From IMG/VR virus record IMGVR_UViG_3300037010_002844, positions 186,001 to 250,000 of that record: a DNA stretch of 64,000 nt; one strand, 5' to 3'. The position numbers were made by a program, and so were the translations under genes. Of this stretch, positions 38,936 to 46,347 are shown piece by piece. Numbering within the stretch: the stretch's first letter is position 1; each line of letters starts with the position of its first letter. The notes below the pieces were generated by a model. That model was not told where the DNA came from. It was given only the letters and a program-made list of their open reading frames with translations, and did no database searches.

Positions 38936-40324
38936 ATGTGCAACACCGACTACAACATCATACTAGATTGTGACAGTTACAAGGCTTCGCACTGGCTGCA
39001 ATACCCGCCCAAGACGACCAGCGTCTTCTCGTACATCGAGAGCCGTGGCGGCCGCGACAGCGAGACAGTCGTCTTCGGCCTGCAGTACTTCCTGAAGCGC
39101 TACCTCTCGAGGCCCGTTACCCAGGACAACGTCGATGAGGCCGCCGCGTTCTACGCAGCTCATGGTGAGCCCTTCAACAAGGAAGGTTGGGATCACATCG
39201 TTAAGGACCACGGGGGCAAGTTGCCTCTGCGAATCCGAGCAGTGCCAGAAGGGACCGTCGTCCCGACGTTGAACGCACTGGTCACGGTCGAAAATACCTG
39301 CCCACAATGCTTCTGGACCACCTCGTGGATCGAGACGATGTTGCTCCGCGTCTGGTACCCGATCACGGTGGCGACCGAGAGCCGACACATCAAAAAGCTC
39401 ATCATGAGCTTCCTGGAGAAGACCTCGGATGACCCCAGGGGTGAGATCAACTTCAAGTTGCACGATTTCGGGGCTCGTGGAGTCTCGAGCCAAGAATCGG
39501 CAGCAATCGGTGGCGCCGCGCACCTGGTCAACTTCATGGGCAGCGACACTGTCGTTGGCGTGATGACCGCGAATCGTTACTACAAGACGCCAATGGCCGC
39601 GTTCTCAATTCCAGCTGCTGAGCACTCGACCATTACCTCGTGGGGCAAGGAGAACGAGGCGGAGGCCTACCGCAACATGCTACGGAACTTCGCTAAGCCT
39701 GGAGCACTGGTCGCGGTGGTCAGCGACTCGTACGACATCTACAATGCCTGTGAGCACATCTGGGGCGAGACCCTGCGTCAGGAGGTCAAGGATTCGGGCG
39801 CCATCGTGGTGGTACGTCCGGATTCGGGTCACCCGCCAACCGTGGTGCTCAACTGTCTGCGACTCTTGGAGTCCAAGTTCGGTTCAACTGTCAACTCGAA
39901 GGGCTACAAGGTCCTGAACAACGTTCGCGTCATCCAAGGTGACGGAATCAACCGTGACAGCATCTATGCGATCCTGGACGCGGCGGTGAAGGCCGGCTTC
40001 TCGGCGACCAACATCGCCTTCGGCATGGGAGGCGCGTTGTTGCAGCAACACAACCGCGATACGCAGAAGTTCGCCATGAAGTGTAGTCATATTGTGGCAG
40101 ACGGCCTTGAGATCGACGTCTTCAAGGAACCAGTGACCGACTCGGGCAAGCGCTCGAAGAAGGGGCGTCTGGACCTCGAGGTCTTTGAGGGGCGATTCAC
40201 CACGGGCCGAGTCCCAGTTGGCAAAGAGAAGCTGCCGTACTCAATCATGGAGACGGTGTTCCTGGACGGTGAGGTCCTGAAAGAATACACCCTCGATGAG
40301 GTGCGAGCCCGCGCAGCCCTGTGA
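38936..40324 (+). CDS. nadV: Nicotinamide phosphoribosyltransferase (NAMPT)
   Basis: DSYKASH..QYP, LHDFGARG, SIPAAEHS, VVSDSYD, VRPDSG, IQGDG, FGMGGALLQ. Confidence 0.95.
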   Translation: MCNTDYNIILDCDSYKASHWLQYPPKTTSVFSYIESRGGRDSETVVFGLQYFLKRYLSRPVTQDNVDEAAAFYAAHGEPFNKEGWDHIVKDHGGKLPLRIRAVPEGTVVPTLNALVTVENTCPQCFWTTSWIETMLLRVWYPITVATESRHIKKLIMSFLEKTSDDPRGEINFKLHDFGARGVSSQESAAIGGAAHLVNFMGSDTVVGVMTANRYYKTPMAAFSIPAAEHSTITSWGKENEAEAYRNMLRNFAKPGALVAVVSDSYDIYNACEHIWGETLRQEVKDSGAIVVVRPDSGHPPTVVLNCLRLLESKFGSTVNSKGYKVLNNVRVIQGDGINRDSIYAILDAAVKAGFSATNIAFGMGGALLQQHNRDTQKFAMKCSHIVADGLEIDVFKEPVTDSGKRSKKGRLDLEVFEGRFTTGRVPVGKEKLPYSIMETVFLDGEVLKEYTLDEVRARAAL

Positions 40325-40800
40325 GGGTTGACATGGACGACGATCCGGATTACGATGACATCATGAACGTATTGGACATCAACAACATCCACGGTACCCT
40401 TTGGCAGGGTGCCATTCCGCCGGCAGGCAGCCTGCTGCGTGATAAGGGTTTTGATGTCGTGGTGCTCGCAGCAAGTGATCACCAGGACGCCTCATGGTAC
40501 CCGGGTCTTCATGTCATCCTCGCACCGGGCGATGACGATGAACGTCCACATCGACTTATGAACTTCTTGCCGACATGGCAGGCGGCCGCCCGAGAGGTAG
40601 CCAGCCACGTCAGGTCAGGCAAGAAGGTCCTAGTCACATGCATGTCAGGGTACAATCGCAGCGGGATTGTGACCGCGATGGCCCTTCATGAGTTGACAGG
40701 TTGGAATGGCCACGTCTGCGTCGAGACGATCAAACGGCGCCGTCAGTATGCCTTGTCGAACAAGACATTTGTGGCTTGGGTCCACGACAACCTCAAGTAG
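40321..40800 (+). CDS. Dual-specificity/protein-tyrosine phosphatase-like protein
   Basis: CX5R motif VTCMSGYNRSG; acidic loop GDDD. Confidence 0.8.
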   Translation: MRVDMDDDPDYDDIMNVLDINNIHGTLWQGAIPPAGSLLRDKGFDVVVLAASDHQDASWYPGLHVILAPGDDDERPHRLMNFLPTWQAAAREVASHVRSGKKVLVTCMSGYNRSGIVTAMALHELTGWNGHVCVETIKRRRQYALSNKTFVAWVHDNLK

Positions 40801-40942
40801 GTTTAAGCCCTCTGTGTCAATCTTTGTACATAAAAGACGAATTTGACATCAACATGTGTCCTTTATGTGCAAAGATTACAGAAGTTTTAGGGACCTGTAC
40901 AAGACGCCACCTGTGTTGTATTTACAATACAAAGGCATCGCC

Positions 40943-40996
40943 ATGTACGTCATGTATACGCAGAACTATCCACAGATGATTCTCCGCGAGCATTAG
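40943..40996 (+). CDS. Putative leader peptide (17 aa, ends TAG)
   Basis: MYVMYTQNYPQMILREH*; AAGG upstream; continues in frame as LPRGPP into the next gene. Confidence 0.55.
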   Translation: MYVMYTQNYPQMILREH

Positions 40997-41006
40997 CTGC
41001 CGCGAG

Positions 41007-41071
41007 GTCCTCCTTTTCGCGCTCTTACCTCACCCGTGATTGAGTGCACTTTCAGAAAGAAAAGAGAGGAC
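41007..41071 (+). promoter_or_regulatory. Anti-SD/SD attenuator hairpin
   Basis: GTCCTCCTTTTC (41007-18) pairs GAAAAGAGAGGAC (41059-71) as 12 bp with one bulge; nested GCGCTC/GAGTGC helix. Confidence 0.65.
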
Positions 41072-41074
41072 ATC

Positions 41075-41422
41075 ATGAAGAACATCTATTTGCGCGTACT
41101 TCGCGCCAAGATCCGCGGTCTGCAGGCCACCGGCGTTTCGATCCACAATCGTATCCGCAAGACGAGCGGCAAGCGACGTGATTCGCTGTGGCAGGAAAAG
41201 CGAAGGATTGGAACCTTCAACAGGGAGCACCTGATTGCTTACGGTTTGCTTCGCGGCATCCCGTATGAGAGGATTGAACATTGCTCAAACGTAAATCGAC
41301 CCAGTCCCGCAAGGATTCACGAGCTGATGCTCGCCCACATGCCTCCTTGGGAGGCAAAAAAGCTCACGGTGGAGGCGGTGCAGGCCCTTCTCGAGCCCAC
41401 GGAAAAAAGGCTCGAAAAATGA
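41075..41422 (+). CDS. Basic hypothetical protein
   Basis: GAGAGGA SD; R..HLIAYGLLRG.PYE.IE motif; coupled to the PTH2-like gene. Confidence 0.75.
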   Translation: MKNIYLRVLRAKIRGLQATGVSIHNRIRKTSGKRRDSLWQEKRRIGTFNREHLIAYGLLRGIPYERIEHCSNVNRPSPARIHELMLAHMPPWEAKKLTVEAVQALLEPTEKRLEK

Positions 41423-41778
41423 GTGGTGGAAACCACAAGGTTAAGACGGGGGATAAATTGTACCTCGTCACGCGGCGAGACATTGCGCCTGGTTACCAGG
41501 CCGTGCAGTCTTGCCATGCCATTCGACAGTTCACGGCTGATCATCCTGATCGCGATGGTGAGTGGTTTACCAACTCTAACTACCTCGCGTTGCTGTCAGT
41601 GGCCGATGAGGTAGAGCTGATGCGTCTTATCACCGCTGCCAAGGACCATGGCCTGCGTTGGAGTGCTTTCCGTGAACCTAACGTGGGAGGCGCCATCACG
41701 GCGATCGCCATCGAGCCACATCCCAAGACGGCAGAGCTCTGTAAGAACCTGCCACTGGCGCTCAAGGAACTGTCATGA
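41419..41778 (+). CDS. Peptidyl-tRNA hydrolase II (PTH2)-fold protein
   Basis: Start moved to MSGGNH; KLYLVTRRDI..G..AVQSCHA, L.LSV.DE.EL, FREP...GAITAIAIEP. Confidence 0.7.
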   Translation: MSGGNHKVKTGDKLYLVTRRDIAPGYQAVQSCHAIRQFTADHPDRDGEWFTNSNYLALLSVADEVELMRLITAAKDHGLRWSAFREPNVGGAITAIAIEPHPKTAELCKNLPLALKELS

Positions 41779-42131
41779 GCGACGAACACAAGGCGCCCGA
41801 CACAATCACCTTCGATGACTTCTTGAAGGTCGATATTCGTGTGGGCGAAATCACTAAGTCAGAGGCAGTGCCCAAGAGCGACAAACTTGTCAAGCTCGAG
41901 GTCTACTTTGGATCCGAGATCGGCTATCGCACCATTATGGCCGGCATCGCTAAGAGCTACCACGTGGAGATGTTGGTCGGCACTCGGGTGTTGGCCGTGG
42001 TCAACCTTGCGCCTCGCAAGATGATGGGCGTTGAATCACACGGAATGCTTCTAGCAGGACATGACCCGGTGACGGGCACAGTTACACTTGCCACGTGTAT
42101 GGGAGTTCCCTGGGGAGAACGAATCGGTTGA
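41775..42131 (+). CDS. tRNA-binding OB-fold protein (Trbp111/CsaA/MetRS C-terminal-like)
   Basis: ITFDDF.KVDIRVG.I..E.VP.SDKL, VVNL.PRKMMGVESHGMLLA. Confidence 0.9.
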   Translation: MSDEHKAPDTITFDDFLKVDIRVGEITKSEAVPKSDKLVKLEVYFGSEIGYRTIMAGIAKSYHVEMLVGTRVLAVVNLAPRKMMGVESHGMLLAGHDPVTGTVTLATCMGVPWGERIG

Positions 42132-42138
42132 GCAAGGG

Positions 42139-42165
42139 CGGGCGGTGAAATTCACCGCCCGTTTT
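42139..42165 (+). terminator. Intrinsic terminator
   Basis: CGGGCGGTG-AAATT-CACCGCCCG followed by TTTT. Confidence 0.75.
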
Positions 42166-42172
42166 GCTTGCC

Positions 42173-42781
42173 ATGAATCATGGCAACGGAAATCGCGAAA
42201 GTTTCTTCAGGCATTTGGATTCGTTCCTAGCCCCGAGCGTCATCCTCAACGTGCAGCATGCCTACACGATGGCAAAGTATGGCAACCGCGCGTAGGTTCG
42301 AAAGGAATTGGACGACCACGGTGATCCCGTCAGGTACTTCGAGCACGTGCGCCAAGTGGCCATCGTCCTGATCGACAAGGCCAAGATCGTCAAGTCAGAG
42401 ATGATAATCTCTGCGTTGCTCCATGACGTGGCGGAAGACGCTCCCAACCTGCCGCCCGTGTTGATCGAGCGCTGCTTCGGCACCGATGTCATCGAGATCA
42501 TCAAGACTTTGAACAAGGTGCCCGAGGAAGGTTATTTTGAGTGCTTCAACATGTCGACCGACTGGCGTCCGTTCATCAAGGCACGTGATCGGCTCGACAA
42601 TCTCAGGACGTTGGGGGCAGCCTCTAAGGAGTTCCGTGTCAAGCAGGTCGCAGAGACCCGCGAGAAGTACTTTCCGTTGTTCGACGTCATGATGACTCTG
42701 ACGCCCGCACCTATCTCAATCACCCCCAGACGCTGCGTGACCTGGTCCGAGCCGAGACGGAGAAACAAGTGCTGCTACTGA
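42173..42781 (+). pseudogene. HD-domain (RelA/SpoT hydrolase, Mesh1-like) gene interrupted by in-frame TAG
   Basis: ATG 42173, TAG 42293-95 in A*VRK; ALLHDVAED and DRLDNLR motifs; C-terminus looks degenerate. Confidence 0.8.
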
Positions 42782-42800
42782 CCGTACAATTTTGAGGTTT

Positions 42801-42873
42801 GCCTCGGTAGCTTAGCGGGCTAAAGCTGCGGTCTCTAAAACCGCGATCGTGGGTTCGACTCCCACTCGGGGCA
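42801..42873 (+). tRNA. tRNA-Sup, anticodon CUA (amber suppressor)
   Basis: Acceptor GCCTCGG/TCGGGGC, D arm GCTT/AAGC, anticodon stem GCGGT/ACCGC with loop CT-CTA-AA, T arm GTGGG-TTCGACT-CCCAC; CCA not encoded. Confidence 0.9.
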
Positions 42874-42875
42874 CT

Positions 42876-42947
42876 GCTCCTGTAACTCAATGGCAGAGTG
42901 ACGGATTCTAACACCATGCGTTGAGGGTTCAAGTCCCTTCGGGAGCG
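42876..42947 (+). tRNA. Second tRNA with CUA anticodon, anticodon stem degenerate (possibly pseudo)
   Basis: Acceptor GCTCCTG/CGGGAGC, D arm ACTC/GAGT, loop TT-CTA-AC, stem ACGGA/ACCAT with 2 mismatches, T arm GAGGG-TTCAAGT-CCCTT. Confidence 0.75.
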
Positions 42948-43016
42948 TCATGGAAACTGCCTTTATCTGTGATCACTGCGGCAAGCGTTGTAGCCTCGAG
43001 CAAATGCTTGAGCTCC

Positions 43017-43250
43017 GTGAGTGATCCAGCCTTCTACAACAACTCTGGTCTAGAGAGGCTCGCTGAATAGTTTCGACTCCGGCGCGATGAGCCAGAAGAA
43101 CCGCTTCAACGTTATCATCTGTGTCATGAGTATCATCGCTATGGCGGTACATGGCGCATGGTGCCCTGTGGACCGATGTATCACGAGACAGAGCAGGAGT
43201 ACTTCATTCACTGGGTTGGTGGCTCGATGAACTTCGCGCAGAAACGTTGA
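43017..43250 (+). pseudogene. Small ORF interrupted by in-frame TAG
   Basis: GTG..17 codons..TAG(43068)..TGA; 77 aa if read through; fills the gap before 43263. Confidence 0.4.
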
Positions 43251-43262
43251 TACATTGTTGGA

Positions 43263-44093
43263 ATGAGCGACAGCGGCCTGGATGAGGCGAAGCCCATTTT
43301 CGAGAACCTTCCCACCGGGAAGCCTCACATTTCGTTTTCTGAACTGCGCGACTGGCAGGATTGCTCATATCGTCACAAGCTGAAGTACATCGACAAGATC
43401 GGCGTCTTCGAGCCTGTTCCCATCATCGACTTTGGGACCGCGGTCCACTCGGCCTGTGAGAAGTTCCTAGAGACGCGTGTGATGGAACCCGAGATTGCCC
43501 ATATTTCTCTGAGGAAGTTCTTCGAGACGCACAAGGCCCGTCCTGCATACACGCCTGAGCTCCTGCAACAGATGTTGGCTGAGGCCACCTCGATTTGTGC
43601 AGACGTGCCGGCATTCATGGACGAGAACTTCCCGGATTGGGAATACGTTGACGCCGAACACGAGCTCTACGAGTCGATGGAAAAGCATCCACATGCCTTC
43701 AAGGGCTTCATCGACGGCATCATCAAGGCCAAAGGCAAGCGTGGTGAACCCGTCTATTGGCTGATCGACTGGAAGACAACCGCATGGGGATGGACAGCCG
43801 ACAAGAAGTCTGACCCACGCGTGCTGCAGCAACTGGTCTTCTACAAGAACTTCTGGTCATCCAAGACAGGCACCGATCCCAAGCACGTCCGCTGTGGCTT
43901 CGTCCTGTTGAAACGCAGTGCCAAGGTAGGCAGTCACTGCGAACTCGTCAAGGTGTCAGTGGGTGACGTCACCACTGGTAGGTCGCTGAAGGTCCTCAAC
44001 AATGCGGTGGTTTCCATCCGCCGTAAGATCTTCATCAAGAACAGGGACTCTTGCACCTATTGCGACTACAAGAATACCGAGCACTGCACTTGA
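43263..44093 (+). CDS. PD-(D/E)XK nuclease, Cas4/RecB/AddB-like with Fe-S Cys motif
   Basis: DCSY, FGTAVH, GFIDGII, LIDWKT, QLVFY, CTYCDY....C. Confidence 0.88.
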   Translation: MSDSGLDEAKPIFENLPTGKPHISFSELRDWQDCSYRHKLKYIDKIGVFEPVPIIDFGTAVHSACEKFLETRVMEPEIAHISLRKFFETHKARPAYTPELLQQMLAEATSICADVPAFMDENFPDWEYVDAEHELYESMEKHPHAFKGFIDGIIKAKGKRGEPVYWLIDWKTTAWGWTADKKSDPRVLQQLVFYKNFWSSKTGTDPKHVRCGFVLLKRSAKVGSHCELVKVSVGDVTTGRSLKVLNNAVVSIRRKIFIKNRDSCTYCDYKNTEHCT

Positions 44094-44431
44094 TAACACC
44101 GATCAAGCCCGGCTCAACTATAAATTTCATTGTCAGCCACCTAGACGGATCTTTGCCTCCGACAGTTGCTTACCGCACATTTGAAGGCTTGAAGCGCAAA
44201 GACGAAGATGACGTAGCGTATCTGGATTTCGAAACGATCGGTCTTGTCGTTGCGTGCCTTCAACTTGATGATGACAAATTTGCTGTGAAGGTTCTGTTAA
44301 GTGAACCGCCTCGACGGGTGTGTGACGCAATGTGTGTAGCTTCATTCACTCCCTGGGGTGCCTGTATTGCTACGCTTTACAGATTCAATGGACCAGATAC
44401 ATCTGGTCTGGATGTTCATCCGAACATGTGA
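44090..44431 (+). CDS. Hypothetical protein
   Basis: TTG start overlapping the nuclease stop; C-terminus overlaps the next ORF. Confidence 0.45.
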   Translation: MITPIKPGSTINFIVSHLDGSLPPTVAYRTFEGLKRKDEDDVAYLDFETIGLVVACLQLDDDKFAVKVLLSEPPRRVCDAMCVASFTPWGACIATLYRFNGPDTSGLDVHPNM

Positions 44432-45059
44432 GCGTTGTCAACGACCCTTTGAGGCCGCAGTCGCCAGCAAGCGGTTTTGCGGCCCGATGTGTTTCTCTGA
44501 GCACCGCAAGGAGTACGGCGCCAAGAACATCGAGTCTCATAAGGTCGAGCGGACGTGTCGACAGTGTGGTAGAACGTATTTTGGACGCAAGTTCATGGGT
44601 TCTGGCAATCCTATGTTCGGTCGCAAAAACAGTGAAGAAGTCCTCGACAAGTCTAGACGAACATTGTTGCAGAACCACGGCGTAACCAACGCATTCTTTC
44701 TGAGCAAGCACCGTACGGTTTCAAAAGCCCAGCAGGAAATCATCGATCACCTATCCAGCAGCATACCTGCAGCACAGTTTGAAGGTGAGAAACTGTTCCA
44801 TGGAGGCACACACAAGTACTGCATCGACATCTTCAGCGACAAAGCCAAGATGGTCGTTGAGTACAACGGCGACTACTGGCACTGCAATCCTATCAAGTAC
44901 AGCGGTTCCTTCTACCATCCACTGAAGAAGAAGTACGCAGAACAGATTTGGGCTGAAGACGCAGAACGAATGAGCGTGATGCAACAAAAGGTTGCTACAC
45001 GATCACAGTGTGAGAGAGTGAGTACTATTCTGACAAGCAGAACGTGTTTCAAAGGTTAA
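44412..45059 (+). pseudogene. Zn-finger/NUMOD3/Vsr-DUF559-like homing endonuclease with damaged C-terminus
   Basis: CERC..F..KRFC, GNPMFGRK, IDIF...VVEYNGDYWH; the expected ...YTITVWESEY tail is in another frame with W changed to TGA (45011). Confidence 0.7.
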
Positions 45060-45089
45060 CTGAGACAGCACTTTCGTGCAGCAAAAGAG

Positions 45090-46343
45090 ATGCAAGTGGT
45101 TGAAAAGAAAAAGATTTTGATGCTAAGTGACCATCCTCTTAGCACAAGTGGCGTCGGCACGCAAGCCCGCTGGTTGATCAATGGACTGATCGGAACCGGC
45201 AAGTACAGCTTTCGCGTCTTCGGCGGCGCCATTCGTCACGAGAACTACGACGAGATCGCTGTCAGTGAGGACTTCATCATCAAGCCGACTAACGGCTTTG
45301 GTGACAAGAATCTCCTTCGCAAGGCCCTGGTTCAGGTGAAGCCAGACGCCTTGTTGCTTTTCACCGACCCACGGTTCTTCATCTGGGTCTGGGAGATGGA
45401 AGACGAGGTTCACCAGATCTGTCCGATCACCTACAATCACCTGTGGGACAATCCGCCTTGGCCTGAGTTCAACAGAACGCTGTACGACAGCACCGACTTG
45501 ATTAACTGCATCAACTACCCAACGTACGAGATGGTCAGCAAGCGATTTCCGGAGAAGACCAACTACATTCCACATGGAGTGCCCAAGGATCTATTCCGCC
45601 CGCTGCCGCCCGCGGATGTTGCGCGGTTCAAGAAGTCGTTGTTGGGCCCGGCCCGCGAGGACCACTTCATTGTGTTGTTTGTCTCCAGAAACGCCCGCCG
45701 CAAGATGCCGGGTGACATCCTGGTCTCCTGGCGCATGTTCATTGAACAGCTCCGCGCTAAGTATGGTCACACCAAGGCCACGCTGGTCATGCATGCCGAT
45801 CCGCTCGATCCAGAAGGTGCCAACCTGCACCATGTGCTCGACGTCCTACAGTTGAAGGAACATGTGGTCTTCTCGAAGGACAGAGTCGGGTTCCCGGAGA
45901 TGGTGGGTCTCTATAACATGAGCGATGTCATCATCAATCGTTCGTGCAACGAGGGCTTCGGTCTCGGCACCCTTGAGGCCATGATGTGCGGCAAGCCGAT
46001 CATTGCCTTGAAGACGGGAGGTTTGACTCGGCAGGTCGAGGACCATGAGACTGGTGAACAGTACGGCATCGCCCTTGAGCCCGAGGTCAAGTCGCTGGTC
46101 GGCAACCAACTGGTACCCTACATTTTCGAGGATTTTGTCTCTCATGAGACAGTTGCCAATGCATTCATGAAGATGTATGAATTGGGCCCTGAGGCTCGTG
46201 CCGAGTTGGGCCAGAAGGCATTGGCGCATGCTCACAGGGACTATGACCTGCAGACGATCATCAATCGTTGGGACGAAACGCTGACCGACACCATTGATAA
46301 TTGGCGCACACGACATAAGCGCTGGGAACACGTGGAGCTTTGA
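45090..46343 (+). CDS. GT4-family glycosyltransferase
   Basis: SDHP..TSGVG, YIPHGV, SRNARRK, NEGFGLGTLEAMMCGKPII..TGGL. Confidence 0.92.
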   Translation: MQVVEKKKILMLSDHPLSTSGVGTQARWLINGLIGTGKYSFRVFGGAIRHENYDEIAVSEDFIIKPTNGFGDKNLLRKALVQVKPDALLLFTDPRFFIWVWEMEDEVHQICPITYNHLWDNPPWPEFNRTLYDSTDLINCINYPTYEMVSKRFPEKTNYIPHGVPKDLFRPLPPADVARFKKSLLGPAREDHFIVLFVSRNARRKMPGDILVSWRMFIEQLRAKYGHTKATLVMHADPLDPEGANLHHVLDVLQLKEHVVFSKDRVGFPEMVGLYNMSDVIINRSCNEGFGLGTLEAMMCGKPIIALKTGGLTRQVEDHETGEQYGIALEPEVKSLVGNQLVPYIFEDFVSHETVANAFMKMYELGPEARAELGQKALAHAHRDYDLQTIINRWDETLTDTIDNWRTRHKRWEHVEL

Positions 46344-46347
46344 TCAG

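Noticed and set aside
13824-40324. Inteins or group I introns in phoH, the helicase or nadV
   Set aside because: Lengths and motif spacing are normal; no intein C/S...HN signatures were seen.
42720-42932. 70-aa minus-strand ORF
   Set aside because: It is the antisense translation of the two tRNA genes.
43263-44093. CRISPR-associated cas4
   Set aside because: Stand-alone Cas4/RecB-like nucleases are common in phages, and there is no array or other cas gene here.
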